From Malacoraja senta (taxonomy: Eukaryota): a DNA stretch of 64,000 bases. The position numbers and the translations under genes were made by a program. Where the stretch lies: positions 3,410,001 to 3,474,000 of the forward strand of contig CM075989.1 in NCBI GenBank assembly GCA_038087875.1, in the 5' to 3' direction. The notes beneath the pieces were generated by a model. It was not told the origin of the DNA. It did no database searches and worked only from the letters and a program-made list of their open reading frames with translations. Positions 1 through 11,466 of this stretch are shown here, piece after piece (within the stretch, counting starts at the first letter, position 1; each line of letters begins with the position of its first letter).

Positions 1-340
1 TATTGATTTGCAAGCTGTTTGACTGCAACCTATCTTAGCAATATTTGATATTTTTATAGGCATGCACATTTCAGAGATTACAGGATACACAAGTACCACC
101 AATGAATTACTTTTTTACTCCTCTCGGACTGAAGTTGCAGATGTCAATAGCAGCGTCTGGATTTATACTTAAGAAGAGATCAAATAACTAATACAGACAG
201 GGACAAGGTGTTGGGGTAACTCAGTGGGTCAGGCAGCATCTTTGAAGAACATAGATAGGCGATGTTTCAGGTTGGAACCCTTCTTTAGACTGGATAGGTA
301 ACCTTAGATCTTGACCTGAACCATCATCACCTATCCATGA

Positions 341-631
341 TTAGTTTAGAGTACAGTGTGGAAACCGGCCTTCCAGCCAACCAAGTCCGCGCCAACCAGC
401 AATCCCTGCATACTAACACTATCCGACACACACTAGGAACAATTTACAATTTTACGAAACCAATTAACCTACTAACCTGTATGCCTTTGGAGTGTGGGAG
501 GAAACCGGAGCAGCCTGAAAAAACCAACGCAGGTCATGGGGAGAACATACAGACAGCACCCGTGGTCAGGATCTAACCCAGGTCTCCGGCGCTGTATGGC
601 AGCAACTCTACCGCTGCACCACTGTGCCGCC
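341..631 (-). mobile_element. tRNA-derived SINE (HE1/V-SINE-like); also ~36288-36578
   Basis: Reverse complement has A-box TGGTGCAGCGG, B-box-like GGTTAGATCC and a TAAAC tail. Confidence 0.8.
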
Positions 632-1791
632 GCATGTTCTCCAGGGGTGCTGTCTGATCGGCTAAGTTCTTCCAGCATTTCATGTCTTTTTTGCTGGTTC
701 CTAATTTCTTCAATACAGGTATGGATGCATGAGATACAGTGGCCTGGTAGCATACACCGTAAAATTTAATTTTAGATGTTTGATAATCTTGAGCCATGGC
801 CAATCAGTAAACAAGCCAACTTTTATATTCCATTGGTGATGCTTTGATCATTTCACTACATACCAGTGACTCTAGGGCTCATGAATATTTTTCACCACAG
901 GATAAAGTATACCATTATATAGTACCAGTACCCAGTGGGGATTTATACTCTTTGTAAATGTTTTTTGTGACTGTTATTATTTATATCTTACATTATTTAT
1001 ACATTACCGGAAAGAAAGCAGGAATTTTGATCTCACAATAAGACTACCCTGCAGCTTGATTATTAATTAAATATTGTTTTAAATATTCATTTCACAACCA
1101 GGGTTATGAAAAGAGACCATCCTGTCAAAAATTTTTACATGATACAATATTAGATTGAATAAATCAAAAGATCTTGCATTTATATTGCTTATTTCTTAAC
1201 CTCGGGTCTTTCCAAAAAATGATAGCATCCAAACTGCTCCATTGTTGCAGTGTAGAAAATGCACCAATCTTTGCAAAATAAGATCGACACAAAAAGCTGG
1301 AGTAACTCAGCGGGACAGGCAGTATCGCTGGAGAGAAGGAATGGGACGTTTCTTCAGACTGGTTAAGGATAAGGGAAACGAGAGGTACAGACAGTGATGC
1401 AGAGAGATAAAGAACAATGAATGAAAGATATGCAAAAAAGTAACGATGCCCGAGAAAACAGGCCATTGTCTCTATTAACATCAGTGATTATAAGATAAGA
1501 TTAGCCGTTTTAGATAATCAGATAGTTGCGGGAATACCAGATCAACTGATAAATGTATCAGGTTAAGATAGAGAATAACTGCAGCATTTGTTCCTATATT
1601 CTCACTCTTTTCTCACCTTACGCCACTCAATTCAAAAGCCATTTCTATTGGATCCAACAGTCATCATACAGCCTGGAATCAGGCACTTCGGCCCAACTCG
1701 TCCATGTCGACCAATATACCCCATCTAAGGTCCTACCTGCCCCCATTTGACCCATATCCCTCTAAACCTTTCCTATCCATGTACCTGTCCA

Positions 1792-2075
1792 AGTTTAGAT
1801 TCTATTAGCGATGCAGAGTGAATCAGGCCATTCGGCTCCCCACGTCCGCACCGATTACCGATCACCCAAACACTAGGGACAACTCACAGAAGCCAATTAA
1901 CCAGCAAACCTGCACATCTTTGGAATGTGGGAGGAAAGCGGAGCACTCCGAGAAAATCCAGGTGGTCTCAGGGAGAACGTACATACCTCATACAGATAGT
2001 TCTGATAGTCAGGATCGAACCCGGGTCTCTGGCGCTGTAAGGCAGCAACTCTACTGCTGCATCACTGTGCCGCCC
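1792..2075 (-). mobile_element. tRNA-derived SINE; also ~37742-38025
   Basis: B-box GGTTCGATCC on the minus strand; same body as the other copies. Confidence 0.8.
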
Positions 2076-5000
2076 TATCTTTTAAATGTTGTTATGGTAC
2101 ATGCCTCAACTACAGTAAACACTTGTTTTAACGGATCTCTGTATAATGGATTTTGGTTATAGTGGACGAACCAACCAACCTTCACCGCCAGGCTGAACTG
2201 CCGATGCCACCTCCCCGGTCGCTTCAAGGTCGTGTCTGTCCTGGACCGAGATTCTGAAGAAGGGTCACAACCCAAGACATCATCTATCCATGTTCTCTAG
2301 AGAAGCTGCCTGACCTGTTGAGCTGCTCCAGCATTGTGTGTCCTTTTGTGTATTGTGCATCTGCAATTGTTTGTTTCTCCTACAGTAAACCCTTGTTATA
2401 CCAGGAGGGGCGGGGGGAGGGGGGGGGATGGTGTCCGTTATTGCTGATTGTCTGCGAAAACAGAGTAAGGGATTATCATTGTATAAGTAATAGAACTGAA
2501 CAACTGCAGCATCGGAAAGCGTATACATGAGGCGTTGCCTCTAGATGATGACATTTACCATCAAGGGTCACCACCATCTGAGCCATGCCCTCTTCTCAGA
2601 GCTACCATTGAGCTGGTACAGGTCTGAAGTTCACATAAGTTCATATAACTGTGTAGGAAGGAACGGCACACGTTGGTTTACACTGAAGATAGACACAAAG
2701 TGCTGGTGCAACTCTGCGGGTCAGGCAGCATCTCTGGAGAAAATGGATGGGTGACGTTTTGGGTCAGGACCCTTCTTCAGACTGAAAGTAGAATGGACGG
2801 AACTGGAGGTAGGAAAATACCAGAACAAATTAGATTTGTTTGCCGGCAACAGATGACCAAGGAAGGGTGAAGCCCACAATGGCCTATTGTTAGTTGGGGA
2901 AGAGGTGATAATGACAGGGATGCAGAGGCAACGGAGAAAAGTTCTACGTCATGCTGGGCTGGGAACTCATTTTGGAGGGAGCAGAGGGGTAACAAGTCTG
3001 GGTTAAAACATGGGCATAGAGCAGTAGGAATCACAGAGAGGGAGCAGCGAGAGTTGGTCTCACAGAACTTCCGTCAGAGAGAGGAGAACATCATCAAAGT
3101 AGACATACCTTGAGAGTTGTGGAGCAGACAAAATGTGTCGGAAGTCAGATTCATGAACTGACCTGCACAACCATAATCCTACTTGGTAACAGAACACACC
3201 AGACCACCTCTTGCACTACAATGGACCTGTTTCCTACTGGGTATTTTTGTCGTCTTTTTTCTCTGCACTGTCTTGTATAATTTGTTTACAAATGTGTTTG
3301 TTTTGTCTGAGTCTATGTGCCTGCGATGCTGCGGGAGGCAAGATTTTCATGGTACCTGTACCTCACTATACTTGTACATATGGCAATAAACACAACATGA
3401 CGCCTTCATTTACCATCTTTACCTTCTTTGCTGCACCATTATCTCTTCAATCACTCAGCTTCATCTGCTGTCCATTCTACCAAAGACCTTTTGTATTTTT
3501 CCTTTCTCTTCCCCTTTATTCTACTTGTACTTGCTTAAATCAATTTTCAGTGTTGACAAAAGATACATTTTCTCCCCACAGGCAACTGCTGAGACTTGCT
3601 GAAATTTTTAAAGCAAGTGACAGTTTTCTTTCAGATCCACCATAGTTTCTTTAGGAAATATACCCTCAGAATATGAAAGAGTATATCCACATGGCCACTG
3701 AATGCTTCAGGGCAGGTGACAAATTTCATCAAAGGCAATCTAAATAAATGACATGCTTCAAAACAAATAAATAACTTACCTCAAATGTTTCCAAGGCTTC
3801 ACCAAAATCTAACCCTACGGTATAATTCACTGTCCTATTCTAATTTGGTCCTTTACTGACCGACAAATTTAAGTATAATAAAGTTAGCAGCTATATCTTC
3901 AATTACCAAGACCCAAACTCTAATTCCTTCCCACCTCTTTCCTTGAGCTATCTACACTCTTGGACTATCTTTGATCGGACTTTAACTTGTACTAAACGTT
4001 ATTCATGTTATTCCCTTTATCATCTATCTGTACACAGTGGATGGCTCGATTGTAATCATGGATTGATTTACCGCTAACTGGTTAGCACGCAACAAAAGCT
4101 TTTCCCTGCACCTCGGTTGGTACATATGATAAGAAACTAAACTCAAACTAAATTCAAATTCCATTTAAATGCCCCTGAAAACTTCCTTCGTTTACTGATT
4201 CTAATAAGAGCACAAAACGTAAGTAGCAGAAATGTGCCAAACAACTTGGAAGTTTTGCTAATCAAAGAGATCAGTACTTATCTAATTTTTGATCCCAACT
4301 TTATTCTCTTCGTATGATCTCAAAGATCAACTACTCAACATCATATGTCTCCGAGAGTTCAAACTTCCAAAGATTTACAACCTTCTAAGAGATGTATCCT
4401 AATTTCTGAAATCACCGACCCACCAATCCTCGCCTAATGGAAACATCCGCACAACATTTATGCAAGATAATTCCCTCAAAAGGACTACCTAGGTTAGTCA
4501 GTCAGAACTGTTTTCCCCAGAATGGAAATGTCCAACACTCGAGGACATAACTATAAAGTGAGAGAGGGACAGTTTAATGGAGATTTCATAATGAGTATAT
4601 GGAATGAGCTGCCAAAGGAGGTAGTTGAGGCAGGTACTTTCACAAAGTTTAACAGCCATTTGGGCAGGCGCATGTCTAGGATAGATTTAGAAGCATATGG
4701 CCAATTGCAGACTGGTGGGGCAAATGTTAGTTGGTGTGGGTAAAATGGGCTGAAGGGCCCCTTCCACATTGTATGACTCAAAGATTTTTACACAAAGAGT
4801 GATGGAGGCCTAGAACACATTGCCAAGGGTGGTGGTGGAGGAAGATACAATACTGGCATTTAAGAGGCTTTTAGACAGGCACATTGAAGTGCAGGAAATA
4901 AAGGAATAATGATTATGAACAGACAATGTGAACAGATCAGTTTAACTTGGGGCCTGGATCATAGCCGGCCAGCAAGTGGTGGTGGATGTGAGAGGAGTAA

Positions 5001-5354
5001 GACTGGACTCGAGGCCTGGGGCAGCACCTCCCCACTCTGGCGGAGAGGGCCAGAATCATAGAGTCATACAGCACGGAAACAGGTAATTCAGCCCAACTTG
5101 CCCATGCCAACTAAGATGCTCCTTCTACACTAGTTCCACCTGCCCAGATTTGTCCCATATCCCTTTGGATCTTTCCCATTCATGTACCTGTCCATGTGTC
5201 TTTTAAATATTGTTATATAGTATCTGCCTCCTCCAGCAGCTTACTAAATCTAATTCTTGATTCTCCTACTTTGGTCATCATGTACAAGCAGATGAGATCA
5301 GTTTAACTTGGCATCATGTCTGGCATATCATTGTGGGCTGAACGTGCTGTTATA

Positions 5355-6215
5355 GCGCCGCCACTTCCGGAAGTGGCGGCGCTGTCGTACAGCAGCGGCT
5401 CGCCTGCAGTCCGTCTGTTTTTACTTTTTTTTGTTGTTTTCTTTTGTCCTGTTTTAGTTAAATTTTAGTTTATTGGGTTGTGTATGTGTGGGGTGGGGGG
5501 GTGAAACATGACTTTTGTCTCTTCCTTCGGGGGAATGCGACTTTTTCTGGTCGTATCCCCCTTCTCTGCCTCCGTCTGCGCTGAGGCCAATATGGCGGAG
5601 CTGCCGGCCTCCAACTCCAACTGCGAGCGACCGACGGACCTCGAGGCTCCGGAGGCAGAGCCAGGACTTACCAGCGCGAGGCTGGTCAACTTCGGGGCTG
5701 CGGTGGCGTTCCGGCGGTGGCGACCAAAGACACTGGTGGCGACCTGAATCCGGAGGCTCGGCCGCGGGCCCAGTGGACGACATCGTCGGGAGCGCGCAGG
5801 TCACAGGTTGGTGACCTGTTTTTCTGGGGCTCCCGCAACTACAGCTGCGTCCGCTGGACTGGAGGGCGGCAGCTTCGGCAGCTTCGACCACCCCGGGCCA
5901 CGGAGTTTGAGCCGGCCCGTCGCGGAGCACGGATTCGGCCGCTGGACTGGCTTACCGTCGCCCGGCGGGGTCACAGCATCAGAAGCCTGGATCGCCTCAG
6001 CGCAGAGGGAGAACAAAGCGGGAAGAGACAGAGACTTTAAGACTTTTGCCTCCATCACAGTGAGGAGGTGCCTGCTGAACTCACTGTGGTGGATGTTAAT
6101 TTGTGTTTATTGTGTGTTTTGTCATTTATTATTATATGTATGACTGCAGGCAACGAAATTTCGTTCAGACCGAAAGGTCTGAATGACAAATAAAGGAATC
6201 TCTAATCTCTCTCTA
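5355..6215 (+). mobile_element. Copy-1-specific 861 bp GC-rich non-autonomous retroelement with a Rex1/L2-type 3' tail
   Basis: Absent at the orthologous site in copy 2 (~41333, GCTGTTATATGTTT); ATA duplicated at both junctions; 3' end has AATAAA and a (CTAATCT)n tail; the same tail recurs at 11328-11466. Confidence 0.85.
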
Positions 6216-6738
6216 ATATGTTTAAAACCTTACCTCTTTTACCAATGAAAATCTCTCATTTTTCTATACTCCAAAGAGTTTGTCCATTTTGCTCGAATTC
6301 GTACTCGAAGGACAACCCATACATCGCATGAATCAAACTAATGAACATGTACTGCCCCACCTAAAGTCATCATTCCTTAAAGGATATCTTCAAAGCACAA
6401 TGCAAGAACATATGAATTGCTCTATTTTCGTGCGCAGCTTCAAAAAATCTCAAGTAGCTCAATATTAGAAACATATATGAAACGGTATGGCAGAGAAGAT
6501 CAGCCATCAATTGATGAAAATGGGATTAGTGTAGATAGATAGACCAGAGTCTGTTTCTATGCTGCACGACTGTATTCAGGTCAAAGCTGCAAAATTGGTT
6601 CTAATGCCATCAAACACCCCGAATCACCAGCACACTACAAAAGCAATGTGTACCATCTACAAAATCCACCAAAGACAACATAGTGTTGGAGTAACTCAAT
6701 GGGTCAAGTAGCATTTCTTGACCCACTGAGTTTCCAAC

Positions 6739-8771
6739 GGGAGTAAAAGGCGACCGTGGCTGACAAGGGAAGTCAGGGACAGTATAAAAATAAAAGAGAA
6801 GTACAACATAGCAAAGATGAGCGGGAAGCCAGAGGATTGGGTAATGTTTAAAGAGCAACAGAAGATAACTAAAAAGGCAATACGGGGAGAAAAGATGAGG
6901 TACGAAGGTAAGCTGCCAATAATATAAAGGAGGATAGTAAAAGCTTCTTTAGGTATGTGAAGAGGAAAAAATCAGTTAACACCAAAGTTGGACCCATAAA
7001 GACTAAAAAAAGGTGAATTTATTATGGGGAACAAGGAAATGGCAGATGAGTTGAACAGGTACTTTGGATCCGTCCACTAAGGAGGATACAAACAATCTTC
7101 CTGATGTACCAGTGGCCAGAGGATCTGGGGTGACGGAGGAATTGAAGGAAATCCACATTAGGCAGGAAATGGTGTTGGGTAGACTGATGGGACTGAAGGC
7201 TGATACATCCCCAAGGCCTGATGGTCTGCATCCCAGGGTACTTAAGGAGGTGGCTCTAGAAATCGTGGACGCATTGGTGATCATTTTCCAATGTTCTATA
7301 GATTCAGGATCAGTTCCTGTGGATTGGATAGCTAATGTTATCCCACTTTTTAAGAAAGGCGGGAGAGAGAAAACAGGGAATTATAGACCAGTTAGCCTGA
7401 AGTTGGTGGTGCGGAAGATGCTGGAGTCAATCATAACAGATGAAATAGAGGCACATTTGGATAGCAGTAACAAGATCGGTCCGAGTCAGCATGGATTTAC
7501 GAAGTGGAAATCATGCTTGACTAATCTTCTGGAATTTTTTGAGGATGTAACTAGGAAAATGGACAAGGGAGAGCCAGTGGATGTAGTGTACCTGGACTTA
7601 CAGAAAGCATTTGATAAGGTCCCACATAGGAGATTAATGAGCAGAATTAGGGCACATGGTATTAGGGGTAGAGTGCTGACATGGATAGAAAATTGGTTGG
7701 CAGACAGGAAACAAAGAGTAGGGATTAACGGGTCCCTTTCAGAATGGCAGGCAATGACTAGTGGGGTACCGCAAGGTTCGGGGCTGGGACCGCAGCTATA
7801 TACATCAATGATTTAGAAGAAGGGATTGAAAGTAACATTAGCAAATTTGCAGATGACACAAAGCTGGGTGGCAGTGTGAACTGTGAGGAGGATACTATGA
7901 GAATGCAGGGTGACTTGGACAGGTTGGGTGAGTGGGCAGATGCATGGCAGATGCAGTTTAATGTGGATAAATGTGAGGTTATCCACTTTGATAGCAAAAA
8001 CAGGAAGGCAGATTATTATCTAAATGGTGTCAAGTTGGGAAAAGGGGAAGTACAACGGGATCTAGGGGTCCTTGCTCAGCAGTCGATGAAAGTAAGCATG
8101 CAGGTACAGCAGGCTGTGAAGAAAGCGAATGGCATGTTGGCCTTCATAACAAGAGGATTTGAGTATAGGAGCAAAGAAGTCCTCCTGCAGTTGTTCAGGG
8201 ACCTAGTGAGACCACACCTGGAGTATTGTGTGCAGTTTTGATCTCCAAATTTGAGGAAGGACATTCTTGCTATTGAGGGAGTGCAGTATAGGTTCACATG
8301 GTTAATTCCCAGGATGGCGGGACTGCCATATGCAGAGAGAATGGAGAGGCTGGATTTGTATACTCCTGGAATTTAGAAGGATGAGAGGATATCTTATTGA
8401 AACATATAAGATTAGTAAGGGTTTGGACACGCTAGAGGCAGGAAACATGTTTCCGATGTTGAGGGAGTCCAGAACCAGGGGCCACAGTTTAAGAATAAGG
8501 GGTAAGCCATCTAGAACGGAGATGAGGAAACACTTTTTCACACAGAGAATTGTGAGTCTGTGGAATTCTCTGCCTCAGAGAGCAGTGGAGGCCGGTTCTC
8601 TGGATACTTTCAAGAGCTAGATGGGGCTCTTAAAGATAGTGGAGTCAGGGGATATGGGGAGAAGGCAGGAACGGAGTACTGATTGTGGATGATCAGCCAT
8701 GATCACATTGAATGGCGGTGCTGGCTCGAAGGGCCGAATTGCCTACTCCTGCACCTATTGCCTATTTTCTA
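6739..8771 (+). mobile_element. CR1-clade LINE, 5'-truncated, frameshifted RT (ORF2) plus 3' UTR
   Basis: NYRPVSL, QHGF, DVVYLDLQKAFDKVPH, SGVPQGS.LGP, KFADDTK, WQMQFNVDKC and LVRPHLEYCVQF motifs; (CCTATTG)n-type tail. Confidence 0.96.
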
Positions 8772-10060
8772 ACATCAATAGGTGAATAAGGGTCTCAACT
8801 TAAAACGTCGCCCTCAAAACGTCACCTATTCATGTTCTTCAGGGATGCTACCTGACCCCGTTGAGTTACTCCAGCACTTTGTGTGTTTTTTTGTAAACCA
8901 ACACCTGCAGTTCCTTGTGTTTACATACACAAAAGACAACTTGGTCAGCATATATAGATTTACTATTGTCATATGTACGGAGATACAATAAAAAAAATAG
9001 TTTTGAATGCTATCAAGGCAAATCATACCACGCATGAGTACACCAGATATTGCAAGAGAAAATAAACAGTGCAGAATATAGCTGCATGCTATAAATACCT
9101 ATATATACATATATACAGAATATAGCTGGACAGAATGGCCAGTTCCCATGTTGTATAGCTCTACGACTACTACCGACCCAGAATATTCCAAAACTCTCAT
9201 ACCAAAAATGAAAAGAGAGACAGGCACATGGGAATGTACTATGGTTCCTCTCCAAGCCACACCACCCTGATATGAAAACCTATTGCCATGTCTTTGGGTT
9301 GGTATCTTGGAAATCCATTCCCAATGGCCATGGGAATAATGGCCTTGGGAGTATGAAGGACTGTAGCAGTTCAAGAGGCAGCTCACCCCCACGTCTTTGA
9401 GTGTAGTCAGGAGAAACCAATACTGACCTTTGAAGAACTTGTTAGTAATTTAAACTAGACACAAAAATCTGGAGTAACTCAGCAGGTCAGGCAGCATCTG
9501 TACCATCTGCTTTTCACTGTAGGTCAGTACACGTGACAGGACTCGGTAGTTTAAACTAAAGTCATCTCTGGAAAAAAGGAATAGGCGATGTTTCAGGTCA
9601 AAACCCTTCTTCTGACTGAGAGTCAGGGGAGAGGGAAACTAAACGTGTGAATTGGTACATTGAACAAATGAATGAAAGGTATGCCGGAGGACAAATCAAA
9701 GCCAGCAAAGATGGTCAAGGAAATGCGGAGCCCACAATGATCTATTGTTGGCTGTGGATAGGGTGATAACGAGTGAAACCAACGAGTTGTTTTGTTCTGT
9801 GTAGGAAGGAACTGCAGAGGCTGGTTTAAACCGAAGATGGACACAAAATGCTGGAGTAACTCAGCGACACCGGCATCAGCATCTCTGGAGAGAAGGAATG
9901 GGTGACCTGTCTTCAGACTGAGAGTCCCACTGCCTGTCCCGCTGAGTTACGCCAACATTTTGTGTCGATGAGTGGTTTAGTTCTGATGGATGGCATCAGT
10001 GTGACCCCCCCCCCGCCCCACCCCCACCCCCACTGATGCAGGCGCGCCCCCGCTCCCCAC

Positions 10061-10315
10061 CTGCTCCAGCAGCCGCGTGAACGCGCTCTCCATGCCGTTG
10101 CGCTCCCGCGACACCACGGCCGCTCGCTGCAGACACACGGCGCCGCACAGCTGCCAGCCGCTCACCACCGGCCCTGGGCCACGGCTGCCCTCGGGCTGCA
10201 GTAAAGCCCGGGCCGCGGGGCCTGCGGACACGGACACGGACACGGACACGGACACTCCCCGGCCTGCGGACACGGACACTCCGAGCGCGGGCAACCGGCG
10301 CAGCGCTGCCGCCAT
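10061..10315 (-). CDS. MRPL46: Mitochondrial ribosomal protein mL46, coding exon 1 (copy 1)
   Basis: ATG at 10315 in AACATGG context; 85 codons MAAALRRLPAL...WQLCGAVCLQRAAVVSRERNGMESAFTRLLEQ, resembling vertebrate MRPL46 (WRLLGALCLQRPPVVS..LLQQ, recalled from memory); GT donor at 10060, phase 0; head-to-head with MRPS11 as in other vertebrates. Confidence 0.93.
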
Positions 10316-10814
10316 GTTGGCGATACCACTCGTCTGTGGGGCGGGGGAGCTAGGGGAGAGGGTGCAACCCACAAAACCCAACAACAGCCCCAACCAACAC
10401 CACTCCGCGTCCTAGCCCTTAGAACAAAATAATATCCAGCGTAATAGCGGTTGCCAACCCTCAGATCACAAAAAATCCTCTCATATTCCTGATTAAAACC
10501 GTGTTCCTCACCCACTCCCGCTGAGTTGGAGCAGTCTAAGCGCGACCAAGTGTTGCCGAGGGAGGGGGGGGGGAAGACTAAATTTAAGACAAATTCGTTA
10601 AAATCTACTAAATTAGAAAGGAGGAATATGAACAGAATATTGCAGACGGTAGTATGAAATATGCTTTCTTACTCTTGAGGATGAATGGGTGGAGAGTTGT
10701 GAGGACGTTGTCCATCTGGGCCGCGTCGCCCCCTGCCCGGCGGGTGGGCTGGTGTGTGGGGGAGGGGGAGGGGGAGGGGGAGGGGGACGGCGGGTCGGGC
10801 AGCATCTGTGGACG
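10316..10814. promoter_or_regulatory. Bidirectional promoter and 5' UTRs between MRPL46 and MRPS11 (copy 1), in a CpG island spanning ~10000-11000
   Basis: 499 bp between divergent ATGs; CpG-rich flanks against a CpG-poor background; YY1-like AACATGGCGGC over the MRPL46 start; GC-box and G-tract sequence before MRPS11. Confidence 0.85.
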
Positions 10815-10912
10815 ATGCAGGCGGCGGCGGCGGCGCGGCGGCTGCTGCTGCTCTGGGGCCGCGGCTTCAACCTCAGCCTCAGCCTCGGCCTCTCCCCGAG
10901 CGCGGCCGGCCG
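10815..10912 (+). CDS. MRPS11: Mitochondrial ribosomal protein uS11m, coding exon 1 (copy 1), presequence-like N-terminus
   Basis: ATG 10815; MQAAAAARRLLLLWGRGFNLSLSLGLSPSAAG(R); consensus donor GTGAGT at 10913; phase 2 joins exon 2 in frame. Confidence 0.85.
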
Positions 10913-11327
10913 GTGAGTGCCAGCGCCTGGTGGGGCATGTGAGGGGGAGGCGGGTTGGACTCCAGGCAGCGTCGTGTGCGGGGTCACACAGCGATGAAAC
11001 AACAGGCCCTTCGGCCCACCTGGCCCGTGCTGACCAAAGATAGACACAACATGCTGGAGTAACTCAGCGGGACAGGCAGCATCTCTGGAGAAAAGGGAAT
11101 AGGTGACGTTTCGGGTCGAGACCCTTCTTTAGACTGCCCATGCTGACCCATCTACACTAGTCTTACCCAAAGATCATAGTCTTACCTGCCCACATCACTC
11201 TAAACCTGTCCTATCCACGTACCTGTCTAAATATGTAGGAAGGAACTGCAGATGCTGGTTTACATTGAAGTTATGCACAAAACGCTGGAGTAATTCACCA
11301 GGTCAGGCAGCATCTCTTTTAAATGCT

Positions 11328-11466
11328 GTTAATTTGTGTTTATTGTGCGTTTTGTTATTTATTATTATATGTATGACTGCAGGCAACGAAATTTCGTTCA
11401 GACCGAAAGGTCTGAATGACAAATAAAGGAATCTCTAATCTCTAATGTCTAATCTCTAATCTCTCT
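11328..11466 (+). mobile_element. 5'-truncated 3' tail of the same family as 5355-6215 (also ~46395-46533)
   Basis: Near-identical GTTAATTTGTGTTTATTGTG...GGCAACGAAATTTCGTTCAGACCGAAAGGTCTGAATGACAAATAAAGGAATCTCTAATCT. Confidence 0.85.

Noticed and set aside
5454..6143. Several overlapping 75-158 aa ORFs
   Set aside because: Stop-poor GC-rich retroelement sequence on both strands with no recognisable domain, and absent from copy 2.
7064..8620. RT ORFs as a functional gene or a prokaryote-type RT system
   Set aside because: Standard 5'-truncated CR1 ORF2 with frameshifts and stops, and no endonuclease domain.
9977..11047. Long overlapping ORFs in the CpG island
   Set aside because: Only the spliced first exons of MRPL46 and MRPS11 have homology and splice support; the rest are GC-content by-products, many starting at non-ATG codons.
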